A stretch of DNA of 64,000 bases from an uncultured delta proteobacterium (lineage in GTDB: Bacteria > Desulfobacterota > Desulfuromonadia > Desulfuromonadales > BM103). Location: positions 1 to 64,000 of the forward strand of contig CAVQRZ010000005.1 of NCBI GenBank assembly GCA_963715335.1. Direction: 5' to 3'. Shown here in pieces: positions 1-9,501 of the stretch; positions within the stretch are counted from its first letter, which is position 1; each line of letters starts with the position of its first letter. The position numbers and the translations under genes are program-made. The notes below the pieces were generated by a model. The model made no database searches, was not told the origin of the DNA, and saw only the letters and a program-made list of their open reading frames with translations.

Positions 1-111
1 GATAAGCATCCGGTCATCAAGCGAATTAAAGGGCGCAAAAAGGGTGGGATAATAAACCGTGAGCGTTCCCAGCACCAGAAGCGCCGGGAGAGTCCATTGC
101 CTGACCTTCAT
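1..111 (-). CDS. 5' fragment of a membrane protein, probably a GT-C/TMTC-like glycosyltransferase of the pilin-associated xap-type cluster; runs off the window
   Basis: ATG at 111 overlaps the stop of the ABC ATPase (ATGA). Reads MKVRQWTLPALLVLGTLTVYYPTLFAPFNSLDDRMLI: a TM helix followed by the Y..L...F..DD loop typical of GT-C enzymes. Confidence 0.6.
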   Translation of the reverse strand, partial: MKVRQWTLPALLVLGTLTVYYPTLFAPFNSLDDRMLI

Positions 112-1019
112 GAGCTCCCACTTTTGACGATATCGAGGAAAAAGGCCTCCAGGTCCTTACGCCTCGGCTCCATCAGATGGATTTCACCGCCACAGGCATC
201 GATCTTGAGCACGAACCCCGAGATCTGATTGCAGGGAACGTAATACACCTGGATATCCTGCCTTGACTCGACCAGTTCGAATCCGGGACCAGGGGGGATC
301 TCAGCGGCCCTGACGTGTACTTCATAGCCCTCGATCCCGCCCTCGAGGATTTCCTGAACAGTTTTGATGGTTTGCAGACGACCGGCAACGATAATTCCGA
401 CCCGGTCACAAACAGCTTCGACGTCTGCAGTAACGTGGGTGCTAAAAAAAACCGTTTTGCCGCGCTGCTTGAGTTCGAGCATGAGCTTCTTGACGAGGGC
501 ACGTCCGAGCGGATCAAGGCCACTCATCGGTTCATCAAGGATATACAGATCAGGGTCGTGTAGCAGGGTCTGGGCCAGACCAAGCCGCTGCACCATGCCT
601 TTGCTGTAACCACGTATCGGCCGACGGGCAGCCTCTGACAAACCCATAAGGCTCAGAACACGTTCCGCCCCGGTTTTGGTTTCGGCTGCCGTCATCCCGA
701 AAATCCGTCCAACCATGTCCAGATATTCACGGGCAGTCAGGCTGTCGTAGAAAGATGGGTTTTCCGGAAGATACCCAACCTTCTGTCGGCAGGCCGAATT
801 GTCAGCGGGGAGGCCAAACAACTCCGCGCTTCCGGAGGTCGGTCGGATCTGGCCAAGAAGCGCCTTGATCGTCGTGCTTTTACCCGCGCCGTTTGGCCCC
901 AGGTAACCAATGACTTCGCCGGAAGAAATCTCCAGGTCCAGGTCAACAAGGGCTTCGATGCGACGGCCCTTTTTGGCTTTGTAAATTTTCGACAGTTTAG
1001 TCGTTTTTACAGGCAACAT
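108..1019 (-). CDS. ABC transporter ATP-binding protein (XapD-like, pilin-associated)
   Basis: Walker A GPNGAGKST, signature YSKGMVQR, Walker B YILDEP, H-loop FSTH; lies downstream of pilA as in the Geobacter xap cluster. Confidence 0.9.
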   Translation of the reverse strand: MLPVKTTKLSKIYKAKKGRRIEALVDLDLEISSGEVIGYLGPNGAGKSTTIKALLGQIRPTSGSAELFGLPADNSACRQKVGYLPENPSFYDSLTAREYLDMVGRIFGMTAAETKTGAERVLSLMGLSEAARRPIRGYSKGMVQRLGLAQTLLHDPDLYILDEPMSGLDPLGRALVKKLMLELKQRGKTVFFSTHVTADVEAVCDRVGIIVAGRLQTIKTVQEILEGGIEGYEVHVRAAEIPPGPGFELVESRQDIQVYYVPCNQISGFVLKIDACGGEIHLMEPRRKDLEAFFLDIVKSGSS

Positions 1020-1047
1020 AAGTTTGGCTCATGGAGCAATCCGGCAA

Positions 1048-1893
1048 TCACATCATCTCCGGGTTGGCAAATTTGCTGGTTGTACGAATTTTCCCTGACG
1101 GATCGATATAGAAGGTCCCTCCGTAAGGGTCATCAGGAATTTCGTCTATATAACCTGCCTGGACAAGGTCCTGCAGTTCCTCAGGCAAAAGTTGTTTTTC
1201 TGCACGATACGCTGACAACGCTTTTTCCAGAGACGTTACGGCTATCAACGCCTCCTTGCGAATCTCGTAGGTCCGTTTAACCGCCTTGTCCCTGGTGGCT
1301 TCGATCATCGTATCGAGGAACGCCAGGCCGAGGGAGGTCTGGTCCGATTCATAAAAATACCGGGCGGCCAACTTGCCATACAAGGGGTTGCCTGAGATTT
1401 CTGCGGCCCGCTGCATGTAGTGCGCAGCCTGTTCGTAGTCCTTGAGAAAATAGGCATAGTTGAATCCAGCGTAAAAGGGCAGCCAATAATCCCAGGTGCG
1501 ATATTTCATGCCGTATTCGAGCAGGAAATTGACATCCCGTGCCCGGCCAAGTTCCCAGTTGAAGGCCGCCTGGGCAAAATAGTAAGTGTCTTCATTATAA
1601 GGGTCAAGCTGGATCGCCGCCTGCAGGGTTTTGTACATATTATAGTATTCCGGACGGACAATCACGTTGGTCTGCCATTTCTCAATAATCGTGCCGAAAT
1701 AGAAAAGCACTCTCAGTATGGCAAGATCGGCAACCAGTGGAGCCTGATCGGCGACCAGGACTTGCAGGACCTTGGGGTGAGGCAAATACCCAAGCTTTAC
1801 TTCGACCGGTCGATCCTTCAGATGAACACTCAGGGCCGGCACAATCAGACAGAAGCCGAACACCAGGAAGGCGAAAAAGACCTTGCCTGTCAT
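1048..1893 (-). CDS. Membrane-anchored TPR-like protein with a C-terminal pseudopilin (GspG)-like motif
   Basis: N-terminal hydrophobic anchor, helical A/Y-rich repeats (AIQLDPY...), C-terminal LPEELQDLVQAGYIDEIPDDPYGG. Confidence 0.65.
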   Translation of the reverse strand: MTGKVFFAFLVFGFCLIVPALSVHLKDRPVEVKLGYLPHPKVLQVLVADQAPLVADLAILRVLFYFGTIIEKWQTNVIVRPEYYNMYKTLQAAIQLDPYNEDTYYFAQAAFNWELGRARDVNFLLEYGMKYRTWDYWLPFYAGFNYAYFLKDYEQAAHYMQRAAEISGNPLYGKLAARYFYESDQTSLGLAFLDTMIEATRDKAVKRTYEIRKEALIAVTSLEKALSAYRAEKQLLPEELQDLVQAGYIDEIPDDPYGGTFYIDPSGKIRTTSKFANPEMM

Positions 1894-2696
1894 GCGAGCT
1901 GTCTCCGGTTAAAAGCCCAGATCGCCAGGCCGAGGAGGATTCCGCAATAGACAAACCCATATCCGAGCGGGAAGAGAACTGTCGACACGGAGACCGGCAG
2001 GGCATAGATCGCATGAATCTTGAAATCGAAGGCACTGAAGTTCGGCAACAGGTAATAGGCCCCCTGGATAGCCTTGAGTGCGAAAGGGCTGATGTCCTGA
2101 CCGAACTCCCCGGAGACGAACTCGAAAACCTCCTGGGAGGCACTGCCACACAGGTAGATTGCCAGTGTGCCAAAGAATGGCAGGAAGAACGATGTGCTGA
2201 CCGAAGATAACAGCAGGGCAACACTGCTTAACAGAACAAACTTGAAGAAGTCGCCGACGACGGCCCAGAAAACGTTACCCCAGAGGATCGGTATCTCCGA
2301 GGGATATTGAGCTACAGAGAGATTGATGACAATGATTGCCGCGGTGGCCATTATGGCCGTGGCCATGGCAAGAAAGATGACCATGGAGACAAATTTTGCC
2401 AGGATATATGTTGAGCGATCCAGAGGCAGGGTCAGGGTCGCGGCGACATAGCGTCGATCGATATCACGGAAAATTGCCGTTGTGCCAAGCAGCAATGTCA
2501 TGGTCAGCAGGACCAGTGAGACACTCGACAAGGCCAGGGTGATCGCCAGTTCCTGAACCTGTTGCATGGAAAAAGTGCTTAAAGAGGGGACCAGCAGAAT
2601 CATGACCAGGGCCGTGCTCAGCACCGCCAGGAGAATACGATCACGCAGGGTGAAAATCAGGTTGGCCTTCACCAGGGCCATTAATTTCGATAACAT
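1890..2696 (-). CDS. ABC-2 type transporter permease (XapB-like)
   Basis: About 6 TM segments, DIDRRY...LTLPLDRSTYILAKF permease motif, FNRRQL C-terminus. Confidence 0.85.
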   Translation of the reverse strand: MLSKLMALVKANLIFTLRDRILLAVLSTALVMILLVPSLSTFSMQQVQELAITLALSSVSLVLLTMTLLLGTTAIFRDIDRRYVAATLTLPLDRSTYILAKFVSMVIFLAMATAIMATAAIIVINLSVAQYPSEIPILWGNVFWAVVGDFFKFVLLSSVALLLSSVSTSFFLPFFGTLAIYLCGSASQEVFEFVSGEFGQDISPFALKAIQGAYYLLPNFSAFDFKIHAIYALPVSVSTVLFPLGYGFVYCGILLGLAIWAFNRRQLA

Positions 2697-2708
2697 GTCG
2701 ACATCATA

Positions 2709-2748
2709 AGAAACGGGCCGACGGAAGTCAATCTTCCTGTCGGCCCGT
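2709..2748 (-). terminator. Rho-independent terminator after pilA-N/pilA-C
   Basis: Stem ACGGGCCGAC-GGAAG / CTTCC-T-GTCGGCCCGT followed by TTTCTT on the minus strand. Confidence 0.7.
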
Positions 2749-2774
2749 GTGATGCAATCAAGATACTTGGATTT

Positions 2775-3143
2775 TTACATTTTGTTCCAGCCGTTGCCGG
2801 TGGTCAGGTAGTCAGCCGAAACCGAGGTCGTGGGGGTTTCAAGGGTTGCATTGTCACCAACGTTCTTGAAGAAAATGGCTGTTGAGTCATGACCGGAAGA
2901 ATAAGCCTTGTTGCCGGTGAGGTGGTAGGTCGACAGGATGTAGCCATTGGGATTGTACTGAACGGTTACAACAACCTTGGTGGACATCCGGGAGATAGGC
3001 TGCCAGCCGGTAGTAGCACCAGCTGGCTTGGCACCTTCAAGCTGTTGCCCACCAGGCTGAGTACCAACATCTATAATCGCGGCGAAAACGCTACCCGCTG
3101 CAAGCAGCATAAAGATCGAAGTGAATACAAATATTTTTTTCAT
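2775..3143 (-). CDS. PilA-C-like secreted partner of the short pilin
   Basis: 122 aa with a Sec signal peptide (..GSVFA|A), Gly/Thr-rich beta-type sequence and AGGAG RBS; same position and similar size as G. sulfurreducens GSU1497. Confidence 0.65.
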   Translation of the reverse strand: MKKIFVFTSIFMLLAAGSVFAAIIDVGTQPGGQQLEGAKPAGATTGWQPISRMSTKVVVTVQYNPNGYILSTYHLTGNKAYSSGHDSTAIFFKNVGDNATLETPTTSVSADYLTTGNGWNKM

Positions 3144-3200
3144 TTTAATCTCCTTAAAGTTTTATCGTCATCAATTGATATATCTGGGTTTGTTTACCAA

Positions 3201-3428
3201 TTAGCTGAGTTGCAGAGTGCCCGGATACGACTGGTTGTCAGCCTGGAAGGCTTCCATACCGGTCTTGGTGTTTTTCAGGTCGCTCTGTGCGGCAGAGTTA
3301 TACGCCTTCTGACGATAAGCGGCGAACTGGGGGATGGCGATAGCGGCCAGGATGCCGATGATCGCAACAACGATCAGCAGCTCGATCAGGGTGAAACCCT
3401 TTTGGGACTTACGGAACTTCTTAAGCAT
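3201..3428 (-). CDS. pilA: Short type IVa major pilin (PilA-N / e-pilin type), 64 aa mature
   Basis: Prepilin site KG|FTLIELLIVVAIIGILAAIAIPQF; RBS AGGAG upstream of ATG 3428; an upstream in-frame ATG at 3464 lacks an RBS. Confidence 0.97.
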   Translation of the reverse strand: MLKKFRKSQKGFTLIELLIVVAIIGILAAIAIPQFAAYRQKAYNSAAQSDLKNTKTGMEAFQADNQSYPGTLQLS

Positions 3429-3505
3429 AGTCTTTCTCCTTTCGAATGTGGACGTTTTGTCCATGTAGGTTCAGCTGAAATTTTCAAATCCTGGTATCTG
3501 GTAAT

Positions 3506-3521
3506 AGCAAACGCTGTGCCA
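3506..3521 (-). promoter_or_regulatory. sigma54 -24/-12 promoter of pilA
   Basis: TGGCAC-AGCGT-TTGCT on the minus strand, matching consensus; adjacent to pilR. Confidence 0.9.
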
Positions 3522-3616
3522 ACTTTTAAAAAAAAGCCAAACCGCCTAATAACAGGGGTTTGGCTCGTGTCGCATTGCTTTTATGAGATTTTGCAACTTC
3601 ACCTTAAAGACGCAGT

Positions 3617-3644
3617 GTGACAACACGGGTGACAAAATTGGTCA
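3617..3644. promoter_or_regulatory. Putative PilR enhancer sites
   Basis: GTGACAA at 3617 and 3629 plus inverted GGTCA at 3640, about 100-120 bp upstream of the -24 box. Confidence 0.5.
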
Positions 3645-3651
3645 GCTGAGG

Positions 3652-5046
3652 TCACTCTTCCGCGTCATCATCGCCCAGGTCGTACTTGGCGAGACGATAG
3701 CGGATCGAACGGAAGGTGATGCCCAGCAGACCAGCGGCGCTCTTGCGTACGCCATCGGTCCTGGCGAGCGCCTTGATCAGGATCTCCTTCTCTATCTCGC
3801 CAAGATAAGCATCCAGGTCCATCCCCGAATCGGGGATCTCGGTCAGGGGCGTCACCGAACCGGACATCCCCGTCACCAGGTTCGGCGGCAGGCAGTCGAG
3901 CGTGATGACGTTGTCATGCCCCAGGACCATGGCCCTTTCAATGACATTTTCCAGTTCACGCACATTACCGGGCCAGCTGTAGTCGATCAGGCGCCGCATG
4001 GCATCCTCCGAGACCTTGACCCCTTTCTGCCCGGTAAAACGTTCCCAGAAAAAATCCACCATGACCGGGATGTCTTCCCTGCGCTGCCGCAGCGGCGGCA
4101 GATCAATCCGGATCACGTTGAACCGGTAATAGAGATCTTCGCGGAAGGTCCCGGCAGTTACGGCTTCTTCGAGGTGTCGGTTGGTCGCAGCCAGTACCCG
4201 CACGTCGGTTTTGATATCCTTGTTGCCGCCGACCCTGCGGAACTCGTTCTCCTGCAGCACGCGCAGCAGCTTGACCTGCATCATGGTCGGCAGCTCGCCG
4301 ATCTCATCGAGGAAGATAGTGCCGCCCGCGGCAGTTTCAAACAGGCCCGGCTTCTGCCTGATCGCCCCGGTAAAAGAGCCCTTCTCGTGGCCGAACAGTT
4401 CACTCTCGAGGAGGTTCTCCGGAATCGCTCCACAGTTGATCGGCACAAATGGCCCGTCACGTCGCTCGCTGTTGTAATGAATGGCCCGGGCGACCAGTTC
4501 TTTGCCGGTGCCTGACTCTCCCGAGATCAGGATCTTGACCGGGCTCGACGCCACCTTGCGGATCATGGTGAAAACTTCCTGCATCAGCTTCGACTTGCCG
4601 ATCAGGCCTTCGAAGGAGAACCGCTGTCCCAGGGCTTCCTTGAGGGCCAGGTTCTCTCTGCGGAGGTCACGCCTTTCCAGGGCATTTTTGACGATCAGCC
4701 GGATTTCCTCGTTCTTGAACGGCTTGGTAATATAATCGTAAGCGCCCTGCTTCATTGCCTCGACGGCTTCATCGGTCGACGAGAAGGCTGTCACCATCAA
4801 CACCACGGTTTCCGGCGTGCGGTCCTTGATATGCGCCAGCAGTTCCAGTCCGGTCATGCGCGGCATCTTGATATCGGAAATGACCAGGTCGTAACTGTGG
4901 TCTCGCAAATGCACAACCGCCTGTGCTCCGTCAGTGGCCGTGTCAACCTGATAGCCCTCCCGGTGCAACATGATGCTCAGGAAGTCACGCATGCTCTCTT
5001 CGTCATCGACGATCAGGACCCGGTACTTGTTCGATTCATCACTCAT
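3652..5046 (-). CDS. pilR: sigma54-dependent response regulator PilR
   Basis: REC domain, AAA+ (GESGTGKE, GSFTGA, WPGNVREL), Fis HTH; between pilS and pilA. Confidence 0.93.
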   Translation of the reverse strand: MSDESNKYRVLIVDDEESMRDFLSIMLHREGYQVDTATDGAQAVVHLRDHSYDLVISDIKMPRMTGLELLAHIKDRTPETVVLMVTAFSSTDEAVEAMKQGAYDYITKPFKNEEIRLIVKNALERRDLRRENLALKEALGQRFSFEGLIGKSKLMQEVFTMIRKVASSPVKILISGESGTGKELVARAIHYNSERRDGPFVPINCGAIPENLLESELFGHEKGSFTGAIRQKPGLFETAAGGTIFLDEIGELPTMMQVKLLRVLQENEFRRVGGNKDIKTDVRVLAATNRHLEEAVTAGTFREDLYYRFNVIRIDLPPLRQRREDIPVMVDFFWERFTGQKGVKVSEDAMRRLIDYSWPGNVRELENVIERAMVLGHDNVITLDCLPPNLVTGMSGSVTPLTEIPDSGMDLDAYLGEIEKEILIKALARTDGVRKSAAGLLGITFRSIRYRLAKYDLGDDDAEE

Positions 5047-5137
5047 TACGGGACAAGCTCCTTGAATATTTTTAGCGTGGTCAGCACTTTAACAGAAATC
5101 CGCACAACAATTAACCACCCTTTGTCATGCGTCATGC

Positions 5138-6814
5138 CTAGTTCCGTGTTTTTTGACCCTTCACATCTTCCGGTCCGCGTTCCGGTCTGATCAGGCCGAT
5201 CGTGAAACGGGCGCCACCGAGACTGCCCGGCTCAACAGAAATGTGGCCGCCATGGGCCTCTATATTCGCGTAGACGTTAGCCAGGCCAAGACCGGTGCCC
5301 TTGCCTTTGGTGGTAAAGAAAGGTTCAAACAGTTTGTCCAGGTCCTCTTCGGCTATTCCCGGGCCACTGTCCTCGATAATTATCTCACCTTTTGCCGCGA
5401 CGATCTGCACCCTGATTCTCCCTGATGGCTGAGCAGCCTCGCCGGCATTAATCAACAGGTTCCAAAGAACCTGGTGCATTTTCTGGGGGTCCACGTTCAT
5501 CGGAGCAGGTCCGCGGTAGGCTTTATCGACGGTCACATCTCTGAATTGACCACTGGCGCTCAGGAGGGCGATCAGTTCATCAAGCAGGGCGGCCATATCG
5601 ATTGATTGCAACTGCAATGGTGCCGGCCGGGCAAAGCCCAGGAAATCGCTCAGGAGTGCGTTCAGGCGGTCAGCCTCCTTGACGACAATCTTCATCAGGT
5701 GGCGATCCTCATCACGTACCTTCTCGTCTTCCAGCAGCAACTGTACCGAACCGCTGATTGATGCCAGGGGGTTGCGGATCTCGTGAGCGAGCCCTGAGGC
5801 CAGGCGCCCAACCGCCGCCAGGCGATCTGCACGCTTCAACTGGTCTTCAAGGGTTTTGATTTCTGTCAGATCCTGGAAGGCGATCAGCAGACCGAGACTT
5901 TTTCCTTGTCTGTCCATCACTCGACTGGCCGAATACCCGAGGGTGAGAGTTTCGGTTTCATTTTTGCGGTAAGGCATTTCTCCCCGTTCAACACCGTCCA
6001 GATATTTCGGATCAAATGCATCGAACTCGGGGAAGATCGCCTCCACAGGACGGTTGTAGACCTCCTGCAGCCGATATCCGGTAATCTTGCTGGCAGCGTT
6101 ATTGAAAGAACGGATGCGGCCAGAGATATTGACAACCATCAGACCACTGTTGATGTTGCTCAGAATCGCCTGGTTGAGGCGCTCCAGTTCGCCGTAATCG
6201 ATCTCACGCCTGGCGCGTGCTTCTTCACTTCTTTTTAAACGCTCCGCCAGCGCCCCGCTTAGCAGCGCCGTGAGGAAAAAAGCCCCGACATGCAGGAATA
6301 CTGCATAGAAAACATCGTAATGATTCAGGCTGACCGGCAGCGGCTGCCCTCTGAACTCAGGCAGGTATCCGTAGAACTGCAGATCAAGGAGACTGCCGTA
6401 AAGAATGGAAGATGCCGAAGCAACGATCAGGACTTGCGGTCGCGGGAAAAAGGCGCTGGACGCAATGATGATCAGGATGAAGAAAAAAGAGTAGAGGCTG
6501 ACAACCCCGCCGGTCATGTAAATGACCAGGATGATAAAAAGCAGGTCCCAGCATATCTGCGCGTTGATGAAGTGCCGATAGCGCTTCAGTCTGGGCAGCA
6601 GATAGAGGGAAAAAGAGGATTGCAGGATGGTTATCAGGGTAAGACATCCCAAATACCTGGCAATCGGCGAGCTTGCCCACTGTTCCTGCTGGAGGTGGTA
6701 GATAATGGTGCCGCCGAGAAACAGGCAGACAACCACCAGGCGAATCACCAGATACCAGGACAACAACATCTTGGGATTTGAATGGGAGAGCTTTTTTTCA
6801 GGGTGTCCGCTCAT
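5138..6814 (-). CDS. pilS: Sensor histidine kinase PilS
   Basis: Multi-TM N-terminus, PAS, H-box LAHEIRNPL, HATPase (DSGPG, GTGLGL). Confidence 0.9.
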   Translation of the reverse strand: MSGHPEKKLSHSNPKMLLSWYLVIRLVVVCLFLGGTIIYHLQQEQWASSPIARYLGCLTLITILQSSFSLYLLPRLKRYRHFINAQICWDLLFIILVIYMTGGVVSLYSFFFILIIIASSAFFPRPQVLIVASASSILYGSLLDLQFYGYLPEFRGQPLPVSLNHYDVFYAVFLHVGAFFLTALLSGALAERLKRSEEARARREIDYGELERLNQAILSNINSGLMVVNISGRIRSFNNAASKITGYRLQEVYNRPVEAIFPEFDAFDPKYLDGVERGEMPYRKNETETLTLGYSASRVMDRQGKSLGLLIAFQDLTEIKTLEDQLKRADRLAAVGRLASGLAHEIRNPLASISGSVQLLLEDEKVRDEDRHLMKIVVKEADRLNALLSDFLGFARPAPLQLQSIDMAALLDELIALLSASGQFRDVTVDKAYRGPAPMNVDPQKMHQVLWNLLINAGEAAQPSGRIRVQIVAAKGEIIIEDSGPGIAEEDLDKLFEPFFTTKGKGTGLGLANVYANIEAHGGHISVEPGSLGGARFTIGLIRPERGPEDVKGQKTRN

Positions 6815-6955
6815 GAATTGACCCTGAAGGGAATGAAATCAGTGGAAAGGTTCATGTTCAACGGAACGATAGCCGCCTTTATCCCCGCGACGCAATGGAA
6901 GAGGGCATGGGTCACGAGTGACAAGAGCGTGCGGCGCTGATACAGCGACAGGCAA

Positions 6956-8173
6956 TTATCCGCCAACGGCCCCGGCCAACTGGAAAATCGGCAGGTACAT
7001 GGCAATAACCAGTCCACCGACAGTGGTCCCAAGGAAAAGCATCAGCAACGGTTCCATCATGGCCGTCAGGTTGCCGACCGCATCATCAACTTCATCATCA
7101 TAAAAATCGGCTATCTTGTTAAGCATGGTATCAATCGAACCGGACTGCTCACCGACAGCAATCATCTGGCAGACCATCGGCGGGAAAACCCCTGATTTCT
7201 CGAGAGGCTCTGCGATGGTCTTGCCTTCACTGATGCTCTGGGCAACTTTGTAGATTGCATTTTCGACGATCTTGTTGCCAGCGGTTTTGGCCACAATATC
7301 AAGACCGTCCAGAATTGGCACGCCACTGGAAATCATGGTCCCAAGAGTCCGCGTGAACTTGGCGACGGCTACTTTGCGGATCAGGACACCCATGACCGGC
7401 AATTTAAGGAACAACGTATCCATGTAAAGACGCCCCTTGGACGTCTTGTAAATCCGCTTTAAAATCCAGACCATGGCAAAACAACCAACGATAATGACCA
7501 GGATATAGCTCTGGATAAAATCACTCAGAGCGATGACGATCAAAGTCGGCAACGGCAGGGTCTGACCAAAATCCGCAAACATCGCCTGAAACTGGGGGAT
7601 AACAAAAACCAGGATAACGGCAATGACCAGCACGGCAATACCGACAATCGTTGCCGGATAGGTCATGGCGCTCTTGACCTTCTTTTTGAGCTTCATGGCT
7701 TTTTCGATATAGGCAGCCAAACGGTTCAGAATCGTATCGAGGATACCACCAATTTCACCTGCCGCGACCAGGTTGACATAGAGCTCATCAAAGGCTTTGG
7801 GATGCTTTTTCAAGGCATCGGCAAAGGTCGAACCGGACTCGACATCCTCTTTGATCTGGACCAGGTTTTTCTTGAAGGTCTTGTTTTCCTGCTGTTTACC
7901 AAGGATGTCGAGACACTGCACCAGTGGCAGACCGGCGTCGATCATGGTTGCAAACTGGCGGGTAAAGACGACCAGGTCCTTGGTCGTGACTTTCGGCTCA
8001 AAACCTGGAATTTTGAGCTCCATGTCAAGGCCTTTACCTGCTTCCTTGATCTTTCCGGGCGCGATATTCTGGCTGCGGAGCTGCGACTTAACGGCATCTT
8101 CGCTGGGGGCTTCCATCACCCCTTTCATGACCTGGCCGGATCTGGTTGTCCCTTCCCAATTATATTGACCCAT
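6956..8173 (-). CDS. pilC: Type IV pilus platform protein PilC
   Basis: FTRQFATMIDAGLPL, two T2SSF domains, MYLPIF C-terminus. Confidence 0.96.
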   Translation of the reverse strand: MGQYNWEGTTRSGQVMKGVMEAPSEDAVKSQLRSQNIAPGKIKEAGKGLDMELKIPGFEPKVTTKDLVVFTRQFATMIDAGLPLVQCLDILGKQQENKTFKKNLVQIKEDVESGSTFADALKKHPKAFDELYVNLVAAGEIGGILDTILNRLAAYIEKAMKLKKKVKSAMTYPATIVGIAVLVIAVILVFVIPQFQAMFADFGQTLPLPTLIVIALSDFIQSYILVIIVGCFAMVWILKRIYKTSKGRLYMDTLFLKLPVMGVLIRKVAVAKFTRTLGTMISSGVPILDGLDIVAKTAGNKIVENAIYKVAQSISEGKTIAEPLEKSGVFPPMVCQMIAVGEQSGSIDTMLNKIADFYDDEVDDAVGNLTAMMEPLLMLFLGTTVGGLVIAMYLPIFQLAGAVGG

Positions 8174-8193
8174 AATCAACCTCGTATAACAAC

Positions 8194-8221
8194 GTGGCGC
8201 ATGACGCGTAGCGCGTGGCGC
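8194..8221. repeat. Degenerate heptamer tandem repeat (x4)
   Basis: GTGGCGC ATGACGC GTAGCGC GTGGCGC. Confidence 0.7.
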
Positions 8222-8272
8222 GATATGTGTGCACGGAACCGACTATCCCCTCAGCCCCCTGGGCCACAAACC

Positions 8273-9400
8273 CTAAGCGGGCTTCCTTGCTCCACCACCG
8301 CCTGTGGAAACGCCTCTTTTAAGGACAGCATTCGGATTGGCAATCATTTCTTTCAGCTCATCAACATCCGAAGAACGGGCCATCGCATCGTCCATCGAGA
8401 TTTTCTTTGCGTGATAGAGGGAGAAGAGGCACTGGTTCATCGTCTGCATACCGTACTTGTCCTGGCCCATCTGCATCTGCGAATAGAGTTGATGAATTTT
8501 GTCGTCACGGATCAAGGCACGAATGGCCGTGTTCGGAACCATGAGTTCAAGAGCAAGAACCCGGCCCTTGCCATCGAGGCGCGGCAGGAGTGTCTGCGAC
8601 AGGACGCCCTCGAGGACGAACGACAACTGGGTTCGGACCTGCTGCTGCTGATGAGTCGGAAAGACGTCGACGATACGGTTGACCGTCTGCACCGCACCAT
8701 TCGTGTGCAGCGTGGCAAAACAGAGGTGACCGGTTTCGGCGATCGTCAGGGCCGCCTCAATCGTCTCCAGGTCACGCAACTCGCCAAGCAGGACAATGTC
8801 CGGGTCCTGGCGAAGGATGTATTTGAGGGCATTCTTGAATGACTGGGTGTCTGAACCCACTTCGCGTTGGTTGACCAGGCATTGTTTGTGAGGATGCAGG
8901 TATTCTATCGGGTCCTCGATGGTGATAATGTGGTCGCGGCGCTCGGTATTGATCGCATCAATAATTGACGCAAGGGTGGTTGACTTTCCTGACCCTGTAG
9001 GCCCCGTAACAAGCACCAGACCGTTGGATTTATTGGTGATCGCCTTGATGACCGGTGGCAGGCCAAGCTCATCAAAGGAAAGGAACTGATAAGGGATCAG
9101 TCGAAAAACTCCGGCAAGAGCCCCGCGCTGCATGAAAATATTGCCCCGGAAACGTGCCAGGCCCTTGACGCCGAAAGAGAAGTCGAGCTCGTTGATATCC
9201 TCGAATTTACGTTTCTGCTGTTCGGTCAGGATGCTGTAACAGATATGCTTGGTATCTGCCGGCAGCAGCGAGCGCGTCTTCATCGGCGTCATTTTGCCAT
9301 TGACACGGATCTGCGGCGGCGACCCGGTGGTGATGTGAAGGTCGGATGCGCCGTTATCCACCATGGTCTTGAGCATTTGCTGGATCGAAAATTCTGACAT
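8273..9400 (-). CDS. pilT: Pilus retraction ATPase PilT
   Basis: GPTGSGKST, TIEDPIE, LRQDPD, AETGH, AIRALIR motif. Confidence 0.96.
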   Translation of the reverse strand: MSEFSIQQMLKTMVDNGASDLHITTGSPPQIRVNGKMTPMKTRSLLPADTKHICYSILTEQQKRKFEDINELDFSFGVKGLARFRGNIFMQRGALAGVFRLIPYQFLSFDELGLPPVIKAITNKSNGLVLVTGPTGSGKSTTLASIIDAINTERRDHIITIEDPIEYLHPHKQCLVNQREVGSDTQSFKNALKYILRQDPDIVLLGELRDLETIEAALTIAETGHLCFATLHTNGAVQTVNRIVDVFPTHQQQQVRTQLSFVLEGVLSQTLLPRLDGKGRVLALELMVPNTAIRALIRDDKIHQLYSQMQMGQDKYGMQTMNQCLFSLYHAKKISMDDAMARSSDVDELKEMIANPNAVLKRGVSTGGGGARKPA

Positions 9401-9465
9401 AGAACACCTTTAACTTCTGGGGGTGGAGGTTATGAGGATTTGGGGCTGACAGGCGGAAAACCATT

Positions 9466-9486
9466 TACCAGCCTCTAGCCTCTAGC
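9466..9486. repeat. Heptamer tandem repeat (x3)
   Basis: TACCAGC CTCTAGC CTCTAGC. Confidence 0.55.
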
Positions 9487-9501
9487 CTCCATTCACCGCA
9501 T

